Assembly: GCF_001194135.2 (NCBI RefSeq)
Contig: NC_068987.1
Span: forward strand, 34,190,867 to 34,254,858
DNA from: Octopus bimaculoides
Taxonomy: Eukaryota
Length of the DNA stretch: 63,992 bases
Direction: 5' to 3'
Shown: positions 1-12,214 of the stretch, one piece after another
How positions within the stretch are numbered: position 1 is the stretch's first letter
Layout: each line of letters begins with the position of its first letter
The notes under the pieces: generated by a model
Told to the model about the DNA's origin: nothing
Database searches by the model: none
Seen by the model: only the letters and a program-made list of their open reading frames with translations
Program-made: the position numbers and the translations under genes

Positions 1-80
1 GGGTGAGACTTGGATCCAACTTGTACAAATGCAAAACAAAAGTCAAACATAAAATAATAATAATAATAATGATAATAATG

Positions 81-139
<59 letters not shown>
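1..139 (+). mobile_element. 3' UTR and (AAT)n tail of an R4/Dong-like RLE LINE (family 2)
   Basis: 1-55 (gtgagacttggatccaacttgtacaaatg...aagtcaaa) aligns with the 3' UTR at 13963-14015 of the RLE element, then runs into (AAT)n. Confidence 0.8.
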
Positions 140-172
<33 letters not shown>

Positions 173-173
<1 letters not shown>

Positions 174-2385
174 TTATTTTATTTCCACAGCTTCTAATGC
201 TGGAGAAGTAATACAGTGTCAGCTGTTCACTACCAGTGAACTGAGGTAACACCGCTTATTTTGGGAGCACCATCCGGAGTATTCGAGCGGTTCCGAGCAG
301 TGATATTTTCTGGAAGTGCTTCACCCTTATTGCAGCCCCATTTTGTTTCATATATTACTCAAATTGTTACTCAATGTTTCCAGTGATCCGACAATTATTG
401 GTGCTACTACCACCTTTTCCAGCAACTACAGCTTGTTCACCCCGCCCCTATCCTTCACTTCGCCATACATTGTCCAAGCAATCGCTCAACATTCGATGCA
501 ATTCCAAATAGTTTCATAGATTCAATAATTCAACAATGTGGTATCACATCGTAAGCCTTACGATAATGGATCTATGACATTGCGAAGCTACTTTTCCTCA
601 TCTTGCAGTCTCTAAGTACAGTTTTGTCTACCAGGTGGTATTTGATCCTATGATACCTCTGCACTTACGCTTGCAACATTTCTGCTCATGTGGCAGGACT
701 CCATTTTTTCCAGATCTACGTACATCGACTCTTCGACTATTCCAGTCAATAATTTCCACCTATGGGGCAAGATGGTTATCGGCGTGTAATTTTCTACGCT
801 ATTGCCTTTTTCGATGCTTTTTTAAGCACAGCACAATCTTACCCATTGAAAACCACCCTGATGTTACATGGTCGGCAATTAACAAGGCGTTGAGTTGTAC
901 AGCTATTCGTTCATGATATTGACCAAAACTTTTGATCCAGTATCCTTGAACCCTATCTGGTCCCGCGGTCTTCCAATTTCCAAATTTTTTCCCATTTCTT
1001 TCACTTCTCTAACTAAAATGATTATTTCTGCCTCTTGTTTTTACAGACAACAATTTGTTTAAGTTCTTGCAACCATTCAGCATCTTTCTTGGTCTCCTTG
1101 TCTTTGCTCCAGATGTCACTTCAAAACCTTTGACTTTCAATATTATCTAGTATCAACTTTTCATCTGTGCACTCTCCATTTATTTCTTTATGGAATCTCT
1201 TTTGATTTACTCTGAATAACCTATTCTGCTGATGTCTATTCATTCTGTGGTCGTATTGTAACATCTTTGCCTTCTTTTCAATGAGGCGCTCTTTTAGTTC
1301 CTCCATTACCACTTTCAGGCCCTTTTTTACAATATCATACTTCCTGTCCAGTGCCCTGTATTTTTGTTTCCCTTTAAGTTCCCATTTCTCTTTTCGGCCT
1401 AACTCAGAAATATCCTTTGAGAGCATATCTAACCCCGCCTGTATTCTTGTTTGCCACCATGAATATTTTCTTTTGTCACTCCCATTATATTTCTCTTTCT
1501 TGACATCATCGCCCACATTTTATCCTACAAAAATACTTTCTACCTTGATTAAATTATTTGCTTCTGTGATAATTTTGTGCTCATATATTTCAGACTTTCA
1601 TTGACATTTTTCGTTTCTTGCTTCATCTTCCGGCGATCAACCATTTTTATGGTTACAAATAATGCCACTACCTTTCTCCTGTGTCCTTGACTCTCTTCTG
1701 TCGTAGTTTGCCTTTTGACCATCTGTCATGTCGCCATTAGTTTTATTGTCTTCTTCCAAACCATCTATATGTCTCTCATCGAGCAAGCTATTACTGTTCT
1801 TCTCCTGTGGTTTATTAGAGATTTCACCTTTGTTTTCTGCTATGAGATTACTTTCATCAGTAGGTGATATGTTGTCATCGTTTCATCCGATGCTGTTTTC
1901 CAATACCCGACTTTCGATAGCTTCGAACGCTACTTCTCTGAGCCAGCGAGTTTTCTAATTGCTCTACCTTGATAACTTAATTTCTGTTCCGTGATTTGAA
2001 ACGATCCTTTTTTTTCTCATTTGATCATACATACATTGTCGGTAACCCCCTAATATGAACACAAGTTTTTTGTCTACAGGTTTACTCAGGTAGTAACTCT
2101 CCATGGCCACAACATTGACTTGTTTGTTCCACTTACAGCGTGTGTGCTGGTCCATTGTTGGATAACAGCAGACTGGAGTCGGTCCATTAAACTTGAGCCT
2201 ACCGGGTGCAACATTGTCACCATCAAGGGCTTCAGTTTCATTACCACTGTTATTCACAATATTTTGTAATTCATATGAGGTAACGATTATCAGGTTGGGC
2301 ATTTACCAGTGTTTTTATTGTGACGCCATCACTAGAGGTATCACCATTCAGAACATGCGGAGAGTCCAATCGATTCCTCTCATTA
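173..2385 (-). mobile_element. R4/Dong-like RLE non-LTR retrotransposon (family 1), both ends present, internally deleted, degraded
   Basis: Minus-strand translations give N-terminal motifs (RCKWNKQVN..MESYYLSKP; WWQTRIQ..KDISEL; QQNRLFRVNQKRF), RT start (NYTPITILPHRWKLLTGI; VDKTVLRDCK; YRKAYDVIPH) and the RLE C-terminus (VVVAPIIVGSLETLSNNL). Flanked by (TAA)n on both sides (140-172, ~2386-2410). Multiple stops and frameshifts. Confidence 0.85.
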
Positions 2386-3768
2386 TTATTATTATCATCA
2401 CTAATATTATTATTTTCACTTTTTTTTTTACTATTTATCATTGTTAATATTTCCTATCATCCGACATAAATTTTCGCTAATTGTCATTAACATTTTCATA
2501 TTAGTACTAGGCGCCGAGTGTTGTCTATTAGCGGAGACAATTTGATAGAGCTCGTCGTCTATAATTATAAACAAAGAAATATAGTCAAACGAGACGTAGA
2601 AACAAACAAAAACTTAATATCCACGCTTATTACTTCTGGGTTGTGGTATATATTTGTTTAATGCCGTGAGGGTTTTATATATTTAAATCTGTTTAGTGCT
2701 TTTGTGATCAATAATGACTAGTTTTTGTCGTTTGTTCTTATTCGATTCACTTATAAGTGTATGTGCTGCTTTATACATTAATGTCATTTTGAAATATTGA
2801 AATGTGTTCAAGTAATACTGGTGTGTATACATTATTAATTAGTTTACGTACTTACGTGTTTGTGATGTGTACGTAATCGGGTATAGTCCAATATGTACGT
2901 ACTCGGATACAGTCCAACACTTTTAATGAGTATTACTTACTCGGCTGTAGTCCAGCGCTTTGTCAGTGTGGCGAGCCTGTTTACAGGCGTTGTGCGAGTG
3001 ACAGAGGGAACACACAGTTAAAATACGTCCTTTCATTTGGAAAACAGATAAATTTGAATGAGCATTACTTAGACATAATTCAACACGTTGTCATTTATTT
3101 CAGGTTCCATTTGTTGTCTTTATTTCAGATCAGAGTTTTATCGCTCTCACATGTTAGACGTCTCCGGTGTCTCTTTTTAAACATCCCCAATGCTGTTGTT
3201 GTTGTTATTAATATTATTGTTGCTGTTGTTGTTGTTGTTGATGCTCTTGTTATTATTATTACTATTAAATTTAATATTATAATACTATTATTATTACTAT
3301 CATTATTATTGTTTGTATGTGTGCATGTGTGTGTATGTGTGTGCATGTGTGTGTATGTGTGTGCATGTGTTTTTGAGATCGTTAGTTGAAGAATACTGGT
3401 CCGGTAAACAAGTTGTTACTAATACTCAGTACTGAAAAAGCATAGTTTAGAGAAATATGGAATCAGTATTGTCTTATCATTTCCGCCATATTGAAAAATT
3501 CTTGCCAGTGTGTTTGAATGCGGTGTATTTATGTCTGATTTATGGATTCTTAGACGGCTTACACACACATACACACACATACCCCCCCACACACACACAC
3601 ATACACACACATACCCCCCCCCACACACACACACATACACACACACATGTATGCATGAGCATATATATTATTATTATTATTATTATAATTATTATTATTA
3701 CTTTTCATTTTCCTATTAATTCTCCACGTGCGGTTAACACAACCCCACTGTTTACTGACATTTATATA

Positions 3769-4718
3769 NNNNNNNNNNNNNNNNNNNNNNNNNNNNNNNN
3801 NNNNNNNNNNNNNNNNNNNNNNNNNNNNNNNNNNNNNNNNNNNNNNNNNNNNNNNNNNNNNNNNNNNNNNNNNNNNNNNNNNNNNNNNNNNNNNNNNNNN
3901 NNNNNNNNNNNNNNNNNNNNNNNNNNNNNNNNNNNNNNNNNNNNNNNNNNNNNNNNNNNNNNNNNNNNNNNNNNNNNNNNNNNNNNNNNNNNNNNNNNNN
4001 NNNNNNNNNNNNNNNNNNNNNNNNNNNNNNNNNNNNNNNNNNNNNNNNNNNNNNNNNNNNNNNNNNNNNNNNNNNNNNNNNNNNNNNNNNNNNNNNNNNN
4101 NNNNNNNNNNNNNNNNNNNNNNNNNNNNNNNNNNNNNNNNNNNNNNNNNNNNNNNNNNNNNNNNNNNNNNNNNNNNNNNNNNNNNNNNNNNNNNNNNNNN
4201 NNNNNNNNNNNNNNNNNNNNNNNNNNNNNNNNNNNNNNNNNNNNNNNNNNNNNNNNNNNNNNNNNNNNNNNNNNNNNNNNNNNNNNNNNNNNNNNNNNNN
4301 NNNNNNNNNNNNNNNNNNNNNNNNNNNNNNNNNNNNNNNNNNNNNNNNNNNNNNNNNNNNNNNNNNNNNNNNNNNNNNNNNNNNNNNNNNNNNNNNNNNN
4401 NNNNNNNNNNNNNNNNNNNNNNNNNNNNNNNNNNNNNNNNNNNNNNNNNNNNNNNNNNNNNNNNNNNNNNNNNNNNNNNNNNNNNNNNNNNNNNNNNNNN
4501 NNNNNNNNNNNNNNNNNNNNNNNNNNNNNNNNNNNNNNNNNNNNNNNNNNNNNNNNNNNNNNNNNNNNNNNNNNNNNNNNNNNNNNNNNNNNNNNNNNNN
4601 NNNNNNNNNNNNNNNNNNNNNNNNNNNNNNNNNNNNNNNNNNNNNNNNNNNNNNNNNNNNNNNNNNNNNNNNNNNNNNNNNNNNNNNNNNNNNNNNNNNN
4701 NNNNNNNNNNNNNNNNNA
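3769..4718. other. Assembly gap, one of 14 (others start near 5289, 12072, 12832, 18816, 35942, 38929, 42473, 44091, 46766, 53412, 57521, 58516, 62260)
   Basis: N runs, almost all bordered by simple repeats. Confidence 0.99.
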
Positions 4719-5257
4719 TATGTGTGTGCGTGTGTATGTGCGTGTGTGTATGAGTGAGTGAGTGAGTGAGTAAGTGAATGCGTGTATGTATGCGTGTGTT
4801 TGTGCGTGTATATATATAAACGAATGCGACAAACACAAACGTTTATGCACACGAATTTTTATATGTATGAACAAATTGAAGTGCAATTTCAACTGAAAAT
4901 TTACTGATTCCTATCGTTTTTCTTTCTTTACAAATTTGTATCGTTGATAATGTAAGTTTTCTTGCTTCTGATTATCATTTAGTTTGAAATAACCTGAAGG
5001 TATCAATCTACATATTATCTACATCAATACCGTCTTTAATATATTCACAATCAACGCTAATGTTTCAAGGCATATTTAAATATATCTCATAACTTTAGAT
5101 TCTAATTAGAAAACACGGAATTGCCAAATACCAGAATTGATGTGCTAATAAATATTAAATTATGATGCACAAAATATTATATAATTTTTAGATTAGAAAG
5201 AATTTGGATATAATATTTTATAGCCATTACAATATTATATATACTTTTATATATGCA

Positions 5258-5288
<31 letters not shown>

Positions 5289-5651
5289 NNNNNNNNNNNN
5301 NNNNNNNNNNNNNNNNNNNNNNNNNNNNNNNNNNNNNNNNNNNNNNNNNNNNNNNNNNNNNNNNNNNNNNNNNNNNNNNNNNNNNNNNNNNNNNNNNNNN
5401 NNNNNNNNNNNNNNNNNNNNNNNNNNNNNNNNNNNNNNNNNNNNNNNNNNNNNNNNNNNNNNNNNNNNNNNNNNNNNNNNNNNNNNNNNNNNNNNNNNNN
5501 NNNNNNNNNNNNNNNNNNNNNNNNNNNNNNNNNNNNNNNNNNNNNNGTTGTATTTCGGGGTGGTCATGTTGCCAGGTTAGCCAATAAAAACACACACACT
5601 ATATCTTTGGTGTTAATTTGCTTCACCTTTATTTTACATTAATCGTATTTC

Positions 5652-5696
5652 GGCAAGATTTCTTTCGTCACACTTCTTTGACCTCATCAGTGGTCC
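5652..5696 (-). ncRNA. Degenerate hammerhead ribozyme (inverted partner of 6104-6148)
   Basis: Reverse complement reads ggacca-CTGATGA-g-gtcaaa[gaag]tgtgac-GAAA-gaaa-TC-ttgcc. Core intact, but stems I, II and III each carry a mismatch. Confidence 0.55.
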
Positions 5697-6103
5697 TTTG
5701 CTTACTTCTTTCCTATTTGTGTGTCTTTCCTCACTAACAATCAGCCATTTTGTATTTTGTATTCTATTGTATGTGTCTTTATTTGCGCATGCGTATCCCC
5801 TATATGTGCCTATGTTTTGTAAGTGCGTGCGTGTGTATGGGCAGCGCCTGTATTAACTGTATCCCCTGTTTATACACGTTCATTTGATATGTTTTGATTT
5901 ATTTGTTCATGTGTTTATGCCTAGTTATTAATCCTTTTTTATAGTTTTTTTTTGTTTGTATACACACGCACACCCTTGCTAAACATAGACACGCATAGGG
6001 GGATACGCATGCGTAAATAAAGACACATACAATAGGAATACAAAATACAAAATGGCTGATTGTTAGTAAGGAAAGACATACAAATAGGAAAGAAGAAAGC
6101 AAA

Positions 6104-6148
6104 GGTCCACTGACGAGGTCACAGAAGTGTGACGAAAGAACTCTGGCC
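6104..6148 (+). ncRNA. Minimal type I hammerhead ribozyme, core intact
   Basis: ggtcca-CTGACGA-g-gtcaca[gaag]tgtgac-GAAA-g[aa]c-TC-tggcc. Stem II is 6 bp, stem III is AG/CU with a 2-nt loop, predicted cleavage CUC after 6143, stem I has one bulge. Confidence 0.7.
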
Positions 6149-6706
6149 GAAATACGATTAATGTAAAATTAAGGTGAAGCAAATTAATATTAAAGATATA
6201 GTGCGTATGATTTTATTGGCTAAACTGGCAACATGACCATACCCAAATACAACAATTTCTGTTTCAAAACACGATTTCACATCAAGAATCTTCCAAAACG
6301 AATATATAAACGTAATATTCATATATATATATATATATATATGCGTATTCATACCTTGACTCTGATGAAGGAATACCCAGTCCAAAGACATGTTAACCTA
6401 CCAATTCGGTTATCTCAGAAACGGCTGTAAAACTTCTAATTCTCCTTACTCTAATTGAATTATTCTAAATGAATTGAGATACTTGTTCTGACTTGGTTTT
6501 GAATGCTCCTCTAATGTATATGTATGCTATAACGGACCCCTGACATGGATCCCTAGACTTACCATAACACTTACCCTGCGTACATATTCGTTTAGATCAC
6601 AAGTGATCTAAATCGCTCAATTTTTTAATATATGTATATACATATGCATATATATGTTTGTGTGAGTGTGTCTGTGTATGTGTGTGTGAGTGTATATATT
6701 TATGTA

Positions 6707-6763
<57 letters not shown>

Positions 6764-7084
6764 CAATACAGTGTAGTATATACTGGAATTGATAGATATG
6801 AAAGCGGCTATTCAGCATGCAATAGTTTAATGGAAAAGAGTAGTAACGTATTTTTTCTAAAATTAATATATAGAATACATATTGCAGTAATGCATTTATT
6901 GAAATGTATATTCATTTACGATTCTCTACATAACAAATTAAAAATATATCCTAAAGTCTATGTCTACAATGCAAAATGCTTCTTGTTATTTTGTGATAAT
7001 GTGCGTATACAGTGTAATGTAGAAGAAAACGATAAATGGTATGCATTAATATTACACAATACTCATGAAAACACATACATATAC

Positions 7085-8373
7085 AAATCGCCGCTGAGTT
7101 TAATGTATAAATGTTTTACTGATAAATTTGAACACGGGTGATCGGTTTATATCTGATATATTTCATTTACCGTCACAAACTGTAAATTTGTCCAACTCAG
7201 TTGAAGGTGAAACTCCAAACTGCTAGGCTCTCTACGTGTGTTGATTATTAAACAAATTTGTCCACCTATATCTTCTGTGTCTCATGCTTAACTTGGTTCA
7301 GTCCTTTGACTGCGGCTATGCTGAGGTACCGCCTTGGGGGGAACTTTTAATTGAACCAATCGACACCGGGTCTAATTTCTTAAGGTTTAGTACTTATTAT
7401 ATCAGTCACTTTTGCTGAAGCGCTAATTTAACGTAATAATAACGTAATAATAACGTAATAATAACGTAAACACACCGACACTGGTTGTCAAGCCGTGGAG
7501 AGGACAAACACAGACACAACAACTCACACACATAAATATATGCATATATACGCCAGACCTCTCTCAGTATTCACCTACCAAATCCATCCACAATGCTTTG
7601 GTCGGTCCGTGGCAATAGTAGAAGAAACTTGCCCAAGATGCCACACAGGGGGTGAATCCAGAATCATGTAGTTAGGAAGCAAGCTTCTTACCACAAAGTC
7701 TCGAAATTAGTTTTAAAGTAGATGTCAGATAACCTGGCGGTTATATGGAGAGAAACGGGTGTGTTACCTTTAGCTTTGCTCGGCAACATGTTATTTCAGA
7801 TTATCTTACATCGAATGCCTAAAGAAATATTAGACCACATCTGGCATCTGCTGATTGTAATATACTGATGATTAAATATTTGCTAGAAACCTCATTTGCT
7901 TTTGATTAAATGTATCTAACAGTTATGTGTGTATATCTGTGTGCATATGGGATGTGTGTGTGTATGTGCCTGTGCGTGCCCGCATGTTTGGGTTTGCGTC
8001 TATGAGCATATTTGTGTACGCGGTAATAGCGTTTGGGATATGTCATCAATACTCCAATATGAATAGTTCATTGTAAACAATCTGAGAACCATCTGGACTG
8101 AAAAATCGTTATTTTCCGTTTATTTCGTGGTTAGTTCTATTCTTGTTTTTTCCTAAAAGCGGGCGGAGAATTGAGTTTGAGCCAGCAAAAAAATGTGTAT
8201 ACAGCGAAGTCAAATCGCCGCTGAGTTGATGTACAAATGTTTTACTGATACATTTGTACATGATCGGTTTATATGATATATTTCATTTACCGTCACAAAA
8301 TGTAAATATATTTGTGCAACTCAGTTGAAGGTGAAACTCCAAACTGCTAGGCTTTCTACGTGTGTTGATTATT
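7085..8373 (+). repeat. Direct duplication of a ~165-bp block (7085-7249 and 8212-8373)
   Basis: Both copies read aaatcgccgctgagtt...tttcatttaccgtcacaaa...caactcagttgaaggtgaaactccaaactgctaggct.tctacgtgtgttgattatt. Confidence 0.9.
7291..7700 (-). mobile_element. tRNA-derived SINE, family B (diverged), with an internal 11-bp tandem (taacgtaataa)x~4
   Basis: Colinear with 8462-8838 (gactgcgg.atgctg..., ttgtcaagc, ttgcccaag.tgccac, aagcaagct.cttacc). Confidence 0.8.
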
Positions 8374-8461
8374 CAACAATATCTCTTCTCTGTAGATTCT
8401 TCTGACTTAGAGCCCTTATCATGTGCTTCCTATTTAGGAATATAATTTAGATTCTTTTATT

Positions 8462-8838
8462 CTTTTATTTGATTCAGTTATCTGACTGCGTACATGCTGG
8501 AGTACTGCCTTTGGTCGAACGAATCGACCAGAGGACTAATTCTTTGTGAGAGTAGTACTTATTCTATGGCTCTTTTATCGAACCTCAAAGTTACGGGGAC
8601 GTAAATACATTGGTTGTCAAGCGATGATGGGGGACAAACGTAGACAGACACCCTCACACACGTATATATACGACAGGGTTCCTCTCAGTCTCTGTCGATC
8701 AAATCCACTCACAAGGCTTTGGTCGGTCCATGGCTATAGTAGAAGACAATTGCCCAATGTGCCACGTAGTAGAACTGAACCCGGAACCATGTGGTTGGTA
8801 AGCAAGCTACTTACAACACAGCCACTCCTGCGCCTATA
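8462..8838 (-). mobile_element. Full-length tRNA-derived SINE, family B
   Basis: Minus-strand head ataggcgcaggagtggctgtgttgtaagtagcttgcttaccaaccacatggttccgggttcag with pol III A/B-box-like motifs, an internal (CA/TA) tract and a conserved tail. Homologous to 7291-7700, 57394-57520 and 62170-62670. Confidence 0.85.
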
Positions 8839-10425
8839 TATGAAATAATTTTGTACATTTTTATGGTAAAACACAATTTGCTGCACATAGACACTTTCTG
8901 CGTGCAAAGTGAAGATTGGTATGTAGGAGTTAGATTGCTCCACTGAAGATCGTAAACATTGGGGTGGAATTCATGAACAGGTAAGTGTTTTGCATCATAG
9001 ATCAAGCCGTTTTCCCACTGTTCCTGTTTACTCAACTCATAGCGAATACGACAATGATGCTGGAACATCTGGGAATCCTTCTTATTTTCATTAACCATTT
9101 ATGCAGCTATGATAGCGCTGTGAGGCTCCCTATGGCTTACCCCCCACTACACTGAAACTTGAAACAATTAGCCAAAGCATGGTACATGTGAGCAATTAAC
9201 TCTCCATATTAGAATTATATTATATGCTAGAAATAGCAGAAATATGTTCCTGACGTTTCACACTCTTGTCTAAAACTGGAATTGCATATTTGGTAATGGA
9301 ATCATCGATTAAGGATGAGAGGAAGATTATATAGCCACAGTTGAAAATCTTTTGACCAAAGGTCTGACCTAAATCTGAATAGCTACAAAAGAAATCATGA
9401 AATTATCGGTTAGTGTAAACACTAATATCGTGATATTCCCAATGATCACACGTTCACTTGTATTGAACTCGTTATTATTCACCTCACATATTTTTGAATA
9501 TGATCTTTTGTTAGAGTATCCCCAACAACAAAAATGCTGTGTACTTTGAAGATACAATCAACGTATTCAGAGCCTCTGGTGAATGTGTACAAATCTGTAA
9601 GTATCTGTAAATGTGTGTAATTATATGTGTGTATGTATATCTGTGCGTGTGTTTACGTGCGTGTGTGTTTGTGTATCTATGTGTGTTGATATGCATATAC
9701 ATATATCTATATCTATATATATATACACATGTATGTGTGTGTATTTATAAATATTATAAAATTTAGTGTTTGCCTATGACACACATTTGCGTATTGTTAT
9801 GTACGTGTGCCTACACACATATATAAAGTGAAAGAAAGAAAGAAAGAAAGAAAGAAACATATATGTATGGCCAAAAAGAGTTGAGAGTGATATGAAAGTT
9901 GAAAGAAGGCCTCAAATCTTTTAGCGTGCGACGATATTAAAAAAAAAAGAAATATATATTCCAACTGAAAAAGAAAGTTATGACACCACCCCAAGTGCCA
10001 GTTCAATGAATAACAATATATATTGTTCGCTTTCCTCTTCACTTCACAAAATTATATTAGCAAATCTACTCGCCTTATCGCAGGTTAACGCTAGTTTTGT
10101 AAGTCTCACAATGTATACAATCTTAAAAATGTAAAACATAAAACCCTAAGAAAATCAAAACAAACTGACCAACACATAAAAAGAAAATTATTTATGGATT
10201 TTTCAGTGAATGTCCAATTCTTACAATGTCTTTGACTGAACACTTGATCAAAGCAGTAGAGTTACATTAACTTACACATCTATTTCGAAAAGATTGACAA
10301 GATTAGGGCATTTATATCGGGAAGTGCTAAGTCCAAAATATTGTTTCTAGTACTAATCAATACCCTTGTCTCTAATAAATATACATATATTGTGTTGCTT
10401 CTCTCCCTTTCTCATTTTGATACCC

Positions 10426-10471
<46 letters not shown>
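10426..10471 (+). repeat. (CAT)n microsatellite
   Basis: About 15 perfect tca/cat units. Confidence 0.95.
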
Positions 10472-11189
10472 TACTGCTTTATTTCTTTGCTGTTGTTGCT
10501 GTTCTTTATATATATATTTTTTCATATTACTTCAGGTTTTCTATTTGATGTATGTAAGAGAACAGTGATTGTTGTTGTCGGTGATTTTGTTATTTATTCT
10601 ATTGATATATTGTTAACGATCTTTAGGTAAATGTGTTTAATATGATAACCTTGCAGATGGGTGGAGGTCACGCATACACATTTTTATTACTAATATTAGA
10701 GAATGCGATGTTTATCAATAACGATTTCACAGAACTATCACAAATACACGGCAGCACAAAAACTCACACGGGCTTGAGAAACACATTGAATATATTCACA
10801 TGCTTAAAGTAACAAAGGAATACCTATCAACGACTAACGCTCAGTCGTGCATATACATATGCATACTGAAGTACACCTACTTCTTCTAATATATACTAAC
10901 ACACCACTAAATTGAATAGAAGCCTACTTAGGAATATGCGGTTGGTGAACCAAAGATATATGCATATGAAGTCAGGTATAAGTACTTCTATACAATGAAG
11001 CCGACAGAGACACACGCAGACCTAAATGCACTTACACAATACACACATACACAATATATACATGAATATATAAATATGCATATCCCTCAGATAGTTATTC
11101 AAGTGAAGATCGAGTATTTTACACAGTTCTTTACCCCTGCACCATTTCTGCTGTTATCTCATTTTTTCCTGGCGCTTTTTTTCTGATTT

Positions 11190-11615
11190 CATGCGTGAGA
11201 AAATTTTCTGTTTCAGTGACAAGAAGCAATGGCGCTTCTTCCAGCTTTTCTGACGGTGGAGGATCAAGTTTCACTGATGGTTTTCAACGACTGTTGTCAA
11301 AGTGATGCCTCTTCCATCTCCCCTTTGTCTGTCACCACGAGGCCATCCCTGTTCTCAAGCCCCGACACCAACCATCAGCCCTCAACTGCATCTTTTTAAA
11401 CTTTTCTTTCCTTGAAACCTGCATGAACTTCTACATTTTATGATTCTCAGCATAATTTTCTACATGTCTGATTGCCTTTCATACAAAGGTACTCGACGTA
11501 CCCTTTCATATTTCTCTTCATATTTTTCCGTTTCTCCAGCATCTTCTTCCTCACCTCCGATATTTTTTCCTATAGGCTGCATTGTAAGTCTCGATGTGGA
11601 AATACTCGAATACCA
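11190..11615 (-). mobile_element. RTE-clade LINE fragment (APE-RT linker), inverted relative to the adjacent RT fragment
   Basis: Minus translation gives LENRDGLVVTDKGEMEE and ..EKLEEAP.LLVTETE, resembling the RTE inter-domain linker. Degraded. Confidence 0.5.
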
Positions 11616-11624
11616 TCTCATACA

Positions 11625-12030
11625 CTCATACGAAAGGTGACAACGATGATTAGGGAAACTATTATTGCTTCACCTCTATAAGCGATTTACATAGATAATA
11701 GCCACCAGACTATCAAAACACTCGATGATCATCAGATAAAGGAACAAGCAGGATTTCCCTAAGAACTAGAGTACGATGAATCACATATTCACTCTAATAA
11801 AGCTTAAAGAACGAGCGGACAACACAAGCTGCCTCTGTAGTTCTTTTACCTCGGATACGCAAAGATCTTCGATAGCATCAAATAGAACATGATGTGTAAA
11901 TCTCTGGAAATGCAAGGCATGGAAGCGCAATACTTAAAACTGCATACCGATTCAAACACGGTAAATACATCAGGGGTAATTTTTGCTATTGTTACCAGTA
12001 AGAGTTCCAGTTAGGAAGGACATTCTCTGT
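11625..12030 (+). mobile_element. RTE-clade LINE reverse transcriptase N-terminal fragment
   Basis: Frameshifted translation KGD..(RP)I.LL.HLYKRFT..IATRLSK.LDDHQIKEQAGF...STMNHIFTL..LKERA..HKLPL...GYAKIFDSI matches RT domains 1-3 of RTE elements. Confidence 0.8.
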
Positions 12031-12081
12031 CTCTCTCTGTCTCTGTCTCTGTCTGTCTGTCTGTCTGCCTCNNNNNNNNNN

Positions 12082-12122
<41 letters not shown>

Positions 12123-12214
12123 TCAAAGCTCTCCATCGTTAGAAATGGTAATCAAAACGTCTGAACAAGTTGTGAAAATATCAACTGGGTGATATCAACA
12201 CACTCCTGATTGCA

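Larger units (their letters stand above)
5547..6253. mobile_element. Head-to-head inverted repeat element (~290-bp arms, ~123-bp spacer) with a hammerhead motif in each arm; Penelope pseudo-LTR-like
   Basis: 5547-5837 is the reverse complement of 5961-6253, with scattered mismatches. The left arm abuts an assembly gap. Confidence 0.8.

Noticed and set aside
2868-2957. CRISPR-like repeat array (also the 31-bp and 33-bp repeats at 32234 and 46078)
   Set aside because: The units are head-to-tail without unique spacers, there are no cas genes, and the context is eukaryotic.
3457-4892. Long ORFs in the track spanning N-runs (also 42.4-45.0, 46.5-47.7, 53.3-54.2 and 58.4-59.0 kb)
   Set aside because: Artefacts of gaps and dinucleotide or trinucleotide repeats.
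6355-6400. gact-CTGATGA-agga..tcc-aaag-acatgt-t, a possible sixth hammerhead
   Set aside because: GAAA is replaced by aaag and stem I does not pair. At best a dead relic.
7860-7900. CTGATGA...GAAAC spacing
   Set aside because: Stem II does not pair and there is no G-U-H triplet.
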